A DNA stretch of 64,000 bases from Acidimicrobiia bacterium (lineage in GTDB: Bacteria > Actinomycetota > Acidimicrobiia > Acidimicrobiales > JANYDT01): NCBI GenBank assembly GCA_031383405.1, contig JANMZO010000480.1:2829-66828 (forward strand), written 5' to 3'. Position numbers and translations under genes: made by a program. Under the pieces are notes generated by a model. That model saw only the letters and a list, made by a program, of their open reading frames with translations. It had not been told where the DNA came from and searched no databases. This document shows, one piece after another, positions 9,528 through 19,978 of the stretch (positions are counted from its first letter, which is position 1; each line of letters starts with the position of its first letter).

Positions 9528-10334
9528 TCAGGAGCGGGCGAGTTCGCGTTCGAGAACGACACCTACGCCATCTTCGTCGTTGGTCAGCGTGACCTCGTCG
9601 GCGACCGCTTTGGTTTCGGCGTGGCCATTGCCCATGGCCACCCCGTGGCCGGCCCAGGCCAGCATCTCGATGTCGTTGGGCATGTCACCGAAAGCGATCG
9701 TGTCGTCGACGGAGATATTGCGGTGGTCGCAGATTCGCTGCAACGCTGCAGCCTTCGACACGCCGGGTGCCATTACCTCGATGAGCGTGCGTGACTGCGG
9801 GACACTGGCGGTTGAACCGTAGGTGATTGTGCCGTGCACACCGACGGCTTCGACAATCGCGCGGAGAATCTCGCCGTCCATCGACCGATGGCGGAACAGC
9901 AGCTTGAGCGACGGTGTGGCGATCAACTCACCCAGTGGCGCAATGGTGACCTTGCGGCCGACGTCGAACGCCGGTTGATACGGGGGTTCGTGACCGAATC
10001 CGTCGAGTGAGTCAACGGCGAAGCCGACGTCGGGCAGGATCGCCCGTATCGCTTCGGTGGCCGCCGCAGCGTCTTCGGGCGACAGGAGGCGTGTGTCGAC
10101 GATCGACTCGTCGCGGAGGTCCATGGTGACCGCACCGTTGGAACAGACGGCGATGCCGTGGTGGTCGAGCATCTCCGCGATGGGGTGCGTCCAGCGGGGC
10201 GGACGGCCGGTCGCGATAACAAACAGCGACCGCTCGATCACGGCGTTCACAGCCGCACGATTACGCGGCGAGAGAGTCTCATCGGAACGGAGAAGGGTCC
10301 CGTCGACATCGGAAGCCACCAGACGGAAACGCAC
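9528..10334 (-). CDS. Cof-type HAD-IIB hydrolase
   Basis: DVDGTL, ATGR, GVSKA, FGDMPND, AMGN, NDEDGV. Confidence 0.92.
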   Translation of the reverse strand: MRFRLVASDVDGTLLRSDETLSPRNRAAVNAVIERSLFVIATGRPPRWTHPIAEMLDHHGIAVCSNGAVTMDLRDESIVDTRLLSPEDAAAATEAIRAILPDVGFAVDSLDGFGHEPPYQPAFDVGRKVTIAPLGELIATPSLKLLFRHRSMDGEILRAIVEAVGVHGTITYGSTASVPQSRTLIEVMAPGVSKAAALQRICDHRNISVDDTIAFGDMPNDIEMLAWAGHGVAMGNGHAETKAVADEVTLTNDEDGVGVVLERELARS

Positions 10335-10480
10335 GATGATTGACGCTAGTGCACCTTCAAAGAAGTACCTTGAACGTCGAAAGCGTCAGGTCTGTCTGTA
10401 AAACGGGTTGTCGTTTTCCGGGTCCATCGCGTGCTGGCATGCAACCAGCACGGGTACGCCCGCCGCGGACACAACACCGG

Positions 10481-12052
10481 TCACACTTCGTCGATGGGGT
10501 CGACACCGGTGATGCCGGCAGTCGCACGCAGTTCATCGATAGCGACGGCCGGAACGGCTCCATCGGTGTCAAGGACCATAAGCGCGCTTCCGCCGTGCTG
10601 GGCCCGACCGAGCGCCATGTTGGAGATATTTACGTCGTGCTTGGCCAGCGTGGTCCCGACGACGCCGATCATGCCCGGACGGTCATCGTTGCGTACAACG
10701 AGCAGGTGCTGCGACGGCGGAACTTCGACTTCATGATCGTCGACCATCACGATGCGCGGCTCCATACGCAGACCGGCCAACGTTCCGGCGAGCGAGTGGC
10801 CGCAACTGGAACGAAGCGTGATCTTGTTGCGGTAGTCGTCGCTCGTGGTGGTCTTCGACTCGGTGACCTTGAGACCGCCCACCTCAGCCAACTGCGGGGC
10901 GTTGACGAAGGTCACCGGCTCGGGCGAGCGGTAACCCAGGAGGCCCTTCAGCACCGATAGTCGAAGGATACGCGTGTCATAGTCGGCGATCTGCCCGGCA
11001 ATGCGAATCTCAAGGCCCGAGGGCACGCCACCACAGATTCCACCGAGCAGCCGACCCAGACGCTCGGCCAACGGAAGGAAGGGGCGTACCGTCGCCGATG
11101 CTTCCGCCGCATCCACGTTGACCGCGAATGGCACGAACTCGTTTCCGAGGGCGAGCTCCACCATGTCGGCGATTGTCTGACCGGCTTTGTCCTGTGCTTC
11201 ACGGGTCGAAGCTCCGAGGTGCGGCGTGACCACAACGCTCGGCAGCGTGAACAACGGCGAGTCTGTACAGGGTTCTTCAACGAACACGTCAAGGCCCGCT
11301 CCCGCGATCTGACCCGAGGAGATGGCCATGAACAGCGCCGCTTCATCGACAATCCCGCCCCGAGAGGTGTTGATGATGCGGAGGTCGGCCTTCGCCAACT
11401 TGAACATTTCGGCGCCGATGATGCCATTCGTGTCCTTCGTCTTCGGAAGGTGGACGGAAATGAAATCCGCAGTACGCATACATTCCTCGAGCGAAACGAG
11501 CTCGGCTCCGAACTGCTGGGCCCGGTCGGCCGAAATGTAGGGATCGTACGCAATGACCCGCATGCCGAAGCCCGCACAGCGTTGGGCCACAAGCGCGCCA
11601 ACTCGACCGAGGCCGACGATCGCAACCGTCTTTTCGTACAGCTCGACGCCCTCCCACTGCGAACGCTCCCACTTCCCGTTCTTCAACGCCGCGTGGGCTT
11701 GCGGGATATTACGCGCAGTCGCAAGGAGCAGCGCCATCGCCTGTTCTGCGGCCGACACCACGTTCGACTGAGGCGCGTTGACGACCATGATGCCCTTGCG
11801 GGTAGCGGCCGGCACATCCACATTGTCGAGACCAATACCCGCACGGCCGATGACCAGCAGCTCCTCGGCCGCTTCGACAACCGCTTCGGTCACCTTCGTC
11901 GCCGAACGGATAATCAGCGCATGCGCGCTCTTGATCGCGACCAGGAGCTGCTCAGGCGACAGCCCTTCTTGCACATCGACTTCATGGCCCGCTTTGCGGA
12001 GCTGCTCCAGGCCGTTGTCGGCGATTGATTCAGTAACGAGGATCCGTGACAT
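10481..12052 (-). CDS. serA: D-3-phosphoglycerate dehydrogenase with ASB and ACT domains
   Basis: IRSATK, GRAGIGLDNVD, GLGRVG, PHLGAST, C-terminal DRPGMIG ACT domain. Confidence 0.96.
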   Translation of the reverse strand: MSRILVTESIADNGLEQLRKAGHEVDVQEGLSPEQLLVAIKSAHALIIRSATKVTEAVVEAAEELLVIGRAGIGLDNVDVPAATRKGIMVVNAPQSNVVSAAEQAMALLLATARNIPQAHAALKNGKWERSQWEGVELYEKTVAIVGLGRVGALVAQRCAGFGMRVIAYDPYISADRAQQFGAELVSLEECMRTADFISVHLPKTKDTNGIIGAEMFKLAKADLRIINTSRGGIVDEAALFMAISSGQIAGAGLDVFVEEPCTDSPLFTLPSVVVTPHLGASTREAQDKAGQTIADMVELALGNEFVPFAVNVDAAEASATVRPFLPLAERLGRLLGGICGGVPSGLEIRIAGQIADYDTRILRLSVLKGLLGYRSPEPVTFVNAPQLAEVGGLKVTESKTTTSDDYRNKITLRSSCGHSLAGTLAGLRMEPRIVMVDDHEVEVPPSQHLLVVRNDDRPGMIGVVGTTLAKHDVNISNMALGRAQHGGSALMVLDTDGAVPAVAIDELRATAGITGVDPIDEV

Positions 12053-12136
12053 CGGTCGATCTCCCAAAGAAGTGAAGCGCCAACCCTAGGTGCGCCCGGG
12101 TTGTACATTTTGTATCAGCGCCAAATGGCGGCGGGC

Positions 12137-13342
12137 TCAGCCTTCGCGGATGAGCGCGTTGATGCGGCTCACGCCTTCGACGAGGTCAGCATCGCCCAGC
12201 GCGTACGAGAGGCGGGCATAGCCTGGGGCCCCGAAGGCTTCCCCGGGCACGATCGCCACCTTGGCATGCTCCAAGACGACGTTGGCCAGGGTGAGCGAGG
12301 AGTCGATGACCGTGCCGCGGATCGTGCGACCTATCGCGCCGGCCACCGACGGGAAGGCGTAAAACGCGCCCTCGGGCTCGGCGCAGGTAAATCCGGGAAC
12401 TTCACTGAGCATGCGCTGAATCGTCTGGCGGCGGCGATCGAAGGCGGCCCGCATCTCGCCGACGGCCACCAGATCACCCGTGAGCGCTGCGACCGCGGCC
12501 TTCTGAGCAATGTTGTTGACGTTGCTCGTGGCGTGCGACTGCAGGTTGGTGGCGGCCTTTATGACGTCGAGCGGGCCTATCATCCAGCCGACGCGCCAAC
12601 CGGTCATGGCGTAGGTCTTCGCAACGCCGTGCACGATGACCACGCGGTCACCCAGTTCGGGAACGAGTGTCGCGATCGAACAGATTTCACGACCACCGTA
12701 CAGAAGGTGCTCGTAGATCTCGTCGGTGACCACCCACAGACCGTTATCGGCCGCCCACCTGCCGATCGCTTCAACCTCGACGGGCGAATAGACCGCGCCG
12801 GTCGGGTTCGACGGCGACACGAACAGCAGGATCTTCGTACGATCAGTGCGCTTTGCTTCGAGTTGGTCGATGGTGACCTTGAAACCGGTCTCGATCGTCG
12901 ACTCCACGTACACGGGAACCCCTCCGGCCAACACGATCGCCTCGGGATAGGTCACCCAATACGGAGACTGCACGAGAACCTCGTCGCCCGGATCACAGAG
13001 GGTCGCGAACGTGTTGTAGACAGCCTGCTTTCCGCCGTTGGTGACGAGGACCTGGGCTGTCGTGGCAACGTAACCGGAGTCACGCCTGGTCTTGGCGACA
13101 ACAGCTTCTTTCATGTCAGGAAGGCCCCCGGCCGGTGTGTACCGGTGCATCGCCGGATCCTGAGCGGCCCTGATGGCCGCTTCCACGATGTGGGCCGGGG
13201 TCGGGAAGTCGGGTTCGCCGGCTCCAAACCCGATGACCGGCTCGCCGGCCGCCTTCAGCGCCTTTGCCTTGGCGTCGATGGCCAGCGTGGCAGATTCCTG
13301 AATTGCTCCGATACGACGAGATACACGCGAAGTTGGGCTCAT
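12137..13342 (-). CDS. PLP-dependent class I/II aminotransferase (aspartate aminotransferase-like)
   Basis: [42 protein letters not shown]. Confidence 0.92.
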   Translation of the reverse strand: MSPTSRVSRRIGAIQESATLAIDAKAKALKAAGEPVIGFGAGEPDFPTPAHIVEAAIRAAQDPAMHRYTPAGGLPDMKEAVVAKTRRDSGYVATTAQVLVTNGGKQAVYNTFATLCDPGDEVLVQSPYWVTYPEAIVLAGGVPVYVESTIETGFKVTIDQLEAKRTDRTKILLFVSPSNPTGAVYSPVEVEAIGRWAADNGLWVVTDEIYEHLLYGGREICSIATLVPELGDRVVIVHGVAKTYAMTGWRVGWMIGPLDVIKAATNLQSHATSNVNNIAQKAAVAALTGDLVAVGEMRAAFDRRRQTIQRMLSEVPGFTCAEPEGAFYAFPSVAGAIGRTIRGTVIDSSLTLANVVLEHAKVAIVPGEAFGAPGYARLSYALGDADLVEGVSRINALIREG

Positions 13343-13477
13343 AACGGGCTATAGCCTTGCAGATCAAAGCGGAGCTCCGTCCCATATTCCGCCGCGGTTT
13401 GGCTGCGTGACGCGCGCCACGGCGGAATCTTCCAATTCCGTACGAAACGTCAACCGGTCGGCTTCTACGCTCTCGCG

Positions 13478-14614
13478 GTGCCGATTCCCGATATCACCAT
13501 TCCTACCGACCTTCTTCCCGCCGACGGACGTTTCGGATGCGGGCCTTCGAAGGTCCGACTCGAGTCGCTGACTGCACTGGCGGAAACCGGAACGTCGTTC
13601 CTCGGGACGTCGCACCGCCAGGACACCGTGAAACACATGGTCAGACGCCTGCGCGCTGGCCTGCGCGAGTTCTTCGACCTCCCTGATGACTACGAGGTGC
13701 TTCTCGGAAACGGCGGGGCCACCGGATTCTGGGACATTGCGACATTCGGCCTTATCACGAACAAGAGCCAGCACCTCGTGTGCGGCGAGTTCTCCTCGAA
13801 GTTTGCCGATGCCGCCCGCAATGCACCCCATCTGGGCGATCCGACCGTGATCGAGAGTGCCCCGGGCACCCGTCCGTACGCCAAGGCCGAAGCGGAGGTC
13901 GACACGTACTGTCTTGTCCATAACGAAACGTCGACGGGCGTTTCCATGGAAATCGTGCGCCCAGCCGGCACGTCGGCCGCCAACGATGAACTCGTCATCG
14001 TCGATGCCACCTCCGGCGCCGGTGGTCTAGCCGTCGACCCGGCCAATTTCGACTGCTACTACTTCGCCCCGCAGAAATGCTTCGCTTCCGATGGTGGTCT
14101 GTGGGTCGCGCTCTGCTCCCCCGCCGCGCTCAAACGCATCGCAACGATTTCGGCTGGCGGGCGGTGGATCCCGGCATCGCTCGACCTCGCGACCGCCGTC
14201 GACAATTCGACGAAGAACCAGACGTACAACACGCCGGCTCTGGCCACGATCTTTTTGTTCGTGCAACAACTCGAGTGGATGAACGGCCAGGGTGGACTGA
14301 ATTGGGCTGCGGCCCGGTGCGCGGAATCAGCGTCGATCATGTACTCCTGGGCCGAGTCGCGACCGTTCGCAACACCGTTCGTCGCCGACCCCACCGACCG
14401 CTCCAACGTCGTCGCTACCATCGACCTCGACGGTGTAGACGCCAACGTCGTGAGTGCCGTGCTTCGGATCAACGGGATCGTCGATACCGACAGCTACCGC
14501 AAGCTCGGGCGCAATCAGCTCCGCGTTGCCATGTTTCCGGCTATCGACCCGCAAGACATCCGTGCGCTCACCAACTGCATCGATTACGTCGTCAACGCGT
14601 TGGCCAAAAACTGA
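13478..14614 (+). CDS. serC: Phosphoserine aminotransferase (actinobacterial type)
   Basis: DGRFGCGPSKV, GTSHRQ, HNETSTG, DATSGAG, FAPQK, NQTYNTP, YRKLGRNQLR. Confidence 0.95.
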   Translation: MPIPDITIPTDLLPADGRFGCGPSKVRLESLTALAETGTSFLGTSHRQDTVKHMVRRLRAGLREFFDLPDDYEVLLGNGGATGFWDIATFGLITNKSQHLVCGEFSSKFADAARNAPHLGDPTVIESAPGTRPYAKAEAEVDTYCLVHNETSTGVSMEIVRPAGTSAANDELVIVDATSGAGGLAVDPANFDCYYFAPQKCFASDGGLWVALCSPAALKRIATISAGGRWIPASLDLATAVDNSTKNQTYNTPALATIFLFVQQLEWMNGQGGLNWAAARCAESASIMYSWAESRPFATPFVADPTDRSNVVATIDLDGVDANVVSAVLRINGIVDTDSYRKLGRNQLRVAMFPAIDPQDIRALTNCIDYVVNALAKN

Positions 14615-14623
14615 CATCATGAT

Positions 14624-14684
14624 GCCGTCCGCTCGGGGTACGGCTTGCCTCCACGCCGTCGGCTCGGGTACGGCTCGCCTCCAC
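14624..14684 (+). repeat. Two ~30-bp imperfect tandem units, each with an internal GCCGT...ACGGC inverted repeat
   Basis: gccgtccgctcggggtacggcttgcctccac / gccgtcggctcgggtacggctcgcctccac. Confidence 0.8.
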
Positions 14685-14709
14685 GGGGTCGTTCGACGAA
14701 TGACCCGTG
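14682..14709. terminator. Hairpin between convergent serC and the WXG100-like gene (possible bidirectional terminator)
   Basis: cacggggtcgttcgacgaatgacccgtg is an imperfect inverted repeat; no U-tract. Confidence 0.5.
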
Positions 14710-14714
14710 TCGGC

Positions 14715-15155
14715 TCAACTGAGTGCGATCACTCCGATGCCGTAGGACCCGGGCATCGGAGCGCTGCCCATCCGCTGGACCGGTCTTGATCGTTCGGCCG
14801 CCAACTCCTCGTCGTGGGCATGCTCAGCCCGAACTTCTGCTTCCCAACGGGTCCGATCGGCAATCCGGATGCGCTGCTCCAACTCTGCCGACGCGATCTC
14901 GGCGTAGACACCCTCGACGGCCGCTCGCAGTTGGCTCATGACGTCGAATGCAAAGCGATCGAGCCGCGCCGACTCGGTGTCGAACTCCTCCCGGTACCGA
15001 CCGCGCCATTCACGGGTCGCCTGCGCCCTCGCCGACGCCAGATTGTGATTGCGAGATTCCAAAAATGCTAGGCATCCATAGCAATTGCCAATCGTTTCGT
15101 AGGCGGCTTGATAGTCGAACTGCACGTCGGTCCAGTTCGGTTGCCAGGTGGGCAT
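14715..15155 (-). CDS. WXG100-like helical protein (possible type VII secretion substrate)
   Basis: ATG at 15155 with GGAAGGAG RBS; 146 aa; DVQFDYQAA...ATREWRGRYREEF, with W-x-G near residue 50 between predicted helices. Confidence 0.6.
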   Translation of the reverse strand: MPTWQPNWTDVQFDYQAAYETIGNCYGCLAFLESRNHNLASARAQATREWRGRYREEFDTESARLDRFAFDVMSQLRAAVEGVYAEIASAELEQRIRIADRTRWEAEVRAEHAHDEELAAERSRPVQRMGSAPMPGSYGIGVIALS

Positions 15156-15350
15156 GCAACTCCTTCCGTTCGTTGGTCCCGGCCGGTCACCGGATCCTGA
15201 AGAGCCTTGTTCCCGGCCCGGTCCGCAAGGGTCGGTAACCGCGCGCAAGGCTTACAATGGAACGGGTGGGCCAGGTTCAAACCTATTGAAAGCGTCGAAC
15301 CCGGGATATCTGCAACGTTCGCAGCGCCACGGTAACCGGACCAACCGCAA

Positions 15351-16985
15351 TCAGCGAGTCGTCGTGCCGAGGCCTTTGCTGGTGATGCCAATCAGGGAGA
15401 AGTACAGGATTGCGCCCGAAAGGGTCATCGCCTTGACGAGACCCGGAACGGCGGAGTGGACCGTGGCTGAATGGAAGGTCGACCGCGTCCACAAGATCGT
15501 GGCGGCCGATCCAACGAGTCCGACCATCGGTGAGATCATTGTATAGCCAACCGCCAATTCCGGAGTCTGCAGCATCATGGAGAAAGGTGGCGGCCCGATG
15601 ACCAGGCTGAGGGCTGCCCCGGCGGTCGCGGTCAGGCCACCCACGACGCCGACCATGACGCAGACCGCCAGCGTGGCAGCGTCGGAACGGGCGACACTGT
15701 TGATGGTGAGGCCGGTAAGAAACGCAAAACCACCACTAAGTGCACCTACAATTCCCACAACGACGAACGGGACGATCGTCTGTCGGTTTGCCATGCGGCC
15801 CCGATGGCGGGGCATCATCGCAGCAAGGTCGGGATGGTCGACGTCTTGAGCCATGGCCTCACAAGCATCGAGCGCCACCAGGTACAGAGCTACACCCGGA
15901 ACAATCACCAGCGGAATGGTATGTTCCCATGCGATTCGGGCCGCAGCACCGGCTACCGCAGCGTTCAGCACCACACGGAGAATGCGAGACAGCGGCCACC
16001 TGGCGATGCCGCGAAGCCCACGCACGCGAATCGCACTGTCGAGCCCGGCACCACTCTTCACGTTGAACCATGGCTTCTGGCGGGGACGCTCGGCGGCCAG
16101 TTGACGGCGAAGCAGCAACGCCGCACGAAGGTCTTGGGTGGTCACGGCGAAGCGCAACTCTCCGACGAGTGCGGTACGGCGCTCGGCCTGCTCCAGTGAC
16201 GTTCCGCCCAAACCGACCCGGCCGAGAACAGCGGTAACGACGGCCAGCCCACCGAGCCCAACGAGCCCGACAATCGGTGAGACCGACAGGGCGGCTCTTT
16301 TCGGCAAACTGAAAAACAGGCCAGCGCCAATCACAGTCGTAGGTGAGCTTACGATGTTTCCGATGAGATCGGCCACCGCCCATGTGAGTAGGGCGAACAA
16401 GGCCGCTGAGGCGATCCGTCGGCCGAGGCCGCGCCCGCTTGCGATAGCAGCTACGCCCGTGAATGTCACACCGAGAAACCCCCCGAATCCGGCTCCCGTG
16501 GTGATCCAGCCTCCCACCGACCCGAGTAGAAAGGGCCGCGTGCACGCACCGATGGCAATACCGGCCAAACCACCGATGTAGATCCCCCGCCGAAGCTGGT
16601 GGACGTACGGACGACCGAGCGAGAGTCGGCGGGGAATCGGGGCTTGCATCACATGGGTGACATCGGCTGCTTCCAGTGAGAGAGGTCCGCCCCGGCTGCC
16701 AGACCGCAGAGCACCGCCGATCGCGAGTGCAACAAGCACACCGGCCGCAGCCGGACCGCGCTGAAGCACGTGCATTCGGGTGCGCTCGTTCAGGGCGGGC
16801 GACCCCAGGAGGGTGACGACCCACCAGAGCAGAAAGCCCCCTCCACCGAAAACGATGTAGAGGCGGTAGATCGAATCGGACCAGTGGATATCCTGCAGCC
16901 GATGCCCCCGGCGCGTCGACCGAAGTTCCCGGAGCGCAACCCGCGGAGCATCAACCGAAGCGCGCCCGGCGAACAGCGTATTCAT
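15351..16985 (-). CDS. Multi-pass membrane protein, probable ABC exporter permease
   Basis: Many hydrophobic helices; its ATG overlaps the stop (ATGA) of the upstream ABC ATPase. Confidence 0.7.
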   Translation of the reverse strand: MNTLFAGRASVDAPRVALRELRSTRRGHRLQDIHWSDSIYRLYIVFGGGGFLLWWVVTLLGSPALNERTRMHVLQRGPAAAGVLVALAIGGALRSGSRGGPLSLEAADVTHVMQAPIPRRLSLGRPYVHQLRRGIYIGGLAGIAIGACTRPFLLGSVGGWITTGAGFGGFLGVTFTGVAAIASGRGLGRRIASAALFALLTWAVADLIGNIVSSPTTVIGAGLFFSLPKRAALSVSPIVGLVGLGGLAVVTAVLGRVGLGGTSLEQAERRTALVGELRFAVTTQDLRAALLLRRQLAAERPRQKPWFNVKSGAGLDSAIRVRGLRGIARWPLSRILRVVLNAAVAGAAARIAWEHTIPLVIVPGVALYLVALDACEAMAQDVDHPDLAAMMPRHRGRMANRQTIVPFVVVGIVGALSGGFAFLTGLTINSVARSDAATLAVCVMVGVVGGLTATAGAALSLVIGPPPFSMMLQTPELAVGYTMISPMVGLVGSAATILWTRSTFHSATVHSAVPGLVKAMTLSGAILYFSLIGITSKGLGTTTR

Positions 16986-17647
16986 CCCATCAGCGCAAGA
17001 ACTTCTTGCGCATCGAGCTTGCCCGACCTCACGACTGAGCCGTCGCTCAACGCCACGCATCCATCCGCCCGCTCAAGAAATCCGAGTTCATGCGTGGAGA
17101 CCACGACGGCCGTCCCGTTGGTCGCCGCATGACCGATCAACTCGAGGAAGCCCGCCTTGCCTGGAGCGTCGAGTCCGACGAACGGCTCATCGATCAGCAG
17201 CAGCGAACACGGCCTTACGAAGCCAATAGCCAAGGACGTCTTCTGACGCAGCCCCCGGCTGAACCTCGATGGCAGATCATCCGCGCGCGTACGAAGTCCG
17301 AGAACGTCGAGAAGATCCCACGCGTGCGCTTCCCATTCCTCAACTTCGTGCATCCGTGCGATGTACTCAAGATGCTCGATAACACTGAGATCGTCGTACA
17401 GCACCGGATTGTCGGAAATGTACGACGTGGCCGCCCTAGCCTCAATCGTCCCGGGCTCATTACCCTCGACGGTTACCTCACCCGAGGTCTTGTCGAGCAG
17501 ACCGGAAATGATCCGAAGCAACGTGCTCTTCCCCGCACCATTCGATCCGACAAGCGCCACCGTCTGGCCCGCTGAGACGTCCATCGACACCCTATCGAGA
17601 GCCAAGAGATCTCCGAAGTCCTTGACCACGTTTTGCACAATCAGCAC
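16982..17647 (-). CDS. ABC transporter ATP-binding protein
   Basis: Walker A GSNGAGKS, signature FSRGLRQK, Walker B LLIDEP, STH. Confidence 0.93.
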   Translation of the reverse strand: MLIVQNVVKDFGDLLALDRVSMDVSAGQTVALVGSNGAGKSTLLRIISGLLDKTSGEVTVEGNEPGTIEARAATSYISDNPVLYDDLSVIEHLEYIARMHEVEEWEAHAWDLLDVLGLRTRADDLPSRFSRGLRQKTSLAIGFVRPCSLLLIDEPFVGLDAPGKAGFLELIGHAATNGTAVVVSTHELGFLERADGCVALSDGSVVRSGKLDAQEVLALMG

Positions 17648-17716
17648 GCGCCAACGCTAGTTCAACGGCTCATGACCCCGACCACGGAGACCGTTAAGAA
17701 ACGCACACGCCGCGAT

Positions 17717-17758
17717 TGTCCGAAGGCGAATGTCCGAAGGCCCATGTCCGCAGACACA
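17717..17758 (+). repeat. Three 14-bp imperfect direct repeats in a divergent promoter region
   Basis: tgtccgaaggcgaa / tgtccgaaggccca / tgtccgcagacaca. Confidence 0.7.
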
Positions 17759-17850
17759 TCTCACCCGGACTGACCCGGTCGCCAAACCTCGCACATCGGG
17801 GGGGTGTCATTCGGAGGACCCGAAAGGCGGAGGTGCCGTACGATCTAGCA

Positions 17851-18654
17851 ATGTCGCTTCGGGTAATGACGTGGAATGTGTGGTGGCGGTTCGGCCCGTG
17901 GGAGCAGCGCCAAGCCGCCATCATCGCCACGCTAAAAGCCGAACGGGCCGACGTGATCTGTCTCCAGGAAGTATGGGCGAGCGATTCCGGAGAAGATCAG
18001 GCGGCCGTCATTGCCGACGCAATCGGATTCCACCACGCTCGGACCCCCGCTCCATTCTGGGAGGGTTTCTCGTTCGGCAACGCAGTACTCAGTCGATGGC
18101 CGATCCTCGATGCCCAGACACTCCCACTGCCCGACGCGTCGGGCAAACCATCCCACCGCAGCGTCTTGTTGGCCACGGTCGACGCACCGTTCGGTCCGTT
18201 GCAGGCGGTTTCGACACACATGGAGTTCCGCTTCGATCGGAGTGCCACCCGTGATGCCCAGACACGGGCGCTGGCGCGCATCCTCGCTGAGTACCGCAAC
18301 GATCCTCAGACGTCGTTTCCTGTTGTGATCGGGGGCGACTTCAACGCGATGCCCGACGCCGACGAGATGCGCCACCTCTTCGGCGCGTCGACTCCGGAAC
18401 GGGACAACCTGATGTTTCACGATGCCTGGGCCATCGCCGGCGATGGCAGCGCGGGCCACACGTGGTCTTCGACGAATCCGCACCTGGCCGACGCAACCTG
18501 GCCGAACCGTCGGCTCGACTATCTCCTGGTGTCGTGGCCGCGACCCAAAGCGGTGGGCACTCCAGTCGCGTGCTGGACAAGCGGTCATGTTCCCGTCAAC
18601 GGCATAGTGGCGTCGGACCACTATGCCGTGGTCGCCGATCTCCGCACCGAGTAA
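17851..18654 (+). CDS. Endonuclease/exonuclease/phosphatase (EEP) family protein
   Basis: TWNV, CLQEV, GNAVLSR, GGDFN, RLDY, SDHYAV. Confidence 0.9.
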   Translation: MSLRVMTWNVWWRFGPWEQRQAAIIATLKAERADVICLQEVWASDSGEDQAAVIADAIGFHHARTPAPFWEGFSFGNAVLSRWPILDAQTLPLPDASGKPSHRSVLLATVDAPFGPLQAVSTHMEFRFDRSATRDAQTRALARILAEYRNDPQTSFPVVIGGDFNAMPDADEMRHLFGASTPERDNLMFHDAWAIAGDGSAGHTWSSTNPHLADATWPNRRLDYLLVSWPRPKAVGTPVACWTSGHVPVNGIVASDHYAVVADLRTE

Positions 18655-18766
18655 CTACGAGCCCAGAACCATCACCGCCACTCGAGGCCGCTCGAGGCCG
18701 CTCGAGCCTCGCTACGACCAACCCGCTCCGGTAGGTAAGACCTGCGCGACGTCCGCAGACTGTCAA

Positions 18767-19378
18767 CTACCAGCGGCCGTAGTGCACCACCTCATGGAGG
18801 GGACGGCGGCGCCGTCGTGACGGCGAGCCTTCCCGGCCCGTTTGAAGCGCGACTTCGCTCGGGTATCCGAGGGCGATTGCTCCTATCGGCCGCGTCCCCT
18901 CCGGCACCCCGAGATTCGCAAGCATGGCGGCTTCATTACGGAAAATGCCGAAGAACAATGCCCCGAGTCCTTCGTTGACCACCGCATAGAGCAGGGCCAT
19001 TCCGGCCATCCCCGTGTCAATGAACCAATACGGAACGGGCCAGGCATCTTCACTCTCACCAAGCCCGGCCGGGGCCTTGTCGGGTTGTGAGTACCGGTGC
19101 AGGTACGCCGCTGCATCGGCGAGCGGTAACACGATCACCGGGGCGCCAAGCAGACCCGGCCAGCGGAAGTTCGCACGTTCGTTCGCGGGGAGCGAGTGCT
19201 CCCAGAACCTTTCCGTATCAGGTCCTTCAAGCACCAGGAAATCAATTCCTTGGGAAAATCCGGCACTCGGAACGCGTCGGGCCTGATTCAGCATCCGATC
19301 CAGAACCTCCCGGGAAACGGGGTCGGGCCGGAAATCCCGGACCATCCTGCGGCGAGCTACGAGGTCGTTCCAGTCCAC
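18767..19378 (-). CDS. Nitroreductase family protein
   Basis: RRRMVRDF, PSAGFSQG, GLGALFFG, IALGYP; start uncertain. Confidence 0.85.
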   Translation of the reverse strand: MDWNDLVARRRMVRDFRPDPVSREVLDRMLNQARRVPSAGFSQGIDFLVLEGPDTERFWEHSLPANERANFRWPGLLGAPVIVLPLADAAAYLHRYSQPDKAPAGLGESEDAWPVPYWFIDTGMAGMALLYAVVNEGLGALFFGIFRNEAAMLANLGVPEGTRPIGAIALGYPSEVALQTGREGSPSRRRRRPLHEVVHYGRW

Positions 19379-19451
19379 TCCGAGAACGTAGCCGTTCCGA
19401 CCGACCGCAATTCCATTAAAGGTGCGGGTCCAACTCGCCGATCTTTCAGAC

Positions 19452-19874
19452 ATGAACCGGGTCTCACCTCTTCACGCCCGACGCACGGCCGGCCGAATTC
19501 TCTTCTTCGTCGCCGCCCCACTTTGCGTGTTTGCGTCGGCCGGACACGCACTCGCCACCGATCAGATCCCGCCGCCGGCGCCGGCGGCGGCGACAATCGC
19601 CAAACAGTCCCCCGCTGTACCGCCAACGTCCACTCTCGCAACAGCAGTGCCGGCAAAGCTTGCACAAACGAACCCGGTGAAGACCGGCGACACATCGACC
19701 GGCGAGACATCGGCCGACGTCCCGATTCCCACCGGCGCGAATCCTTCGGAAACGGCCGGGCCCGCTCTCGCCACCACTGGCATGATCAGCCAGGACGTCC
19801 TGTACAGCGGCCTCGCGTTGCTCGCCGTCGGCGTCGGTTTGCTCCTCGGTGTGAGCGAGGAAAAATCGCGGTAG
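19452..19874 (+). CDS. Small secreted Pro/Thr/Ala-rich protein with LAXTG-type cell-wall sorting signal
   Basis: Signal peptide ending in ALA, low-complexity body, LATTG + hydrophobic segment + EEKSR tail. Confidence 0.65.
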   Translation: MNRVSPLHARRTAGRILFFVAAPLCVFASAGHALATDQIPPPAPAAATIAKQSPAVPPTSTLATAVPAKLAQTNPVKTGDTSTGETSADVPIPTGANPSETAGPALATTGMISQDVLYSGLALLAVGVGLLLGVSEEKSR

Positions 19875-19978
19875 CAGCTACGACATCAGAGGAGCGCAGT
19901 CAGCCGCAGCACCAACCAGGCCCGTCACCACCCACGGTCCGAGGCGCAGCGGCACCCGGCGACCACGCCTCATTGCGC

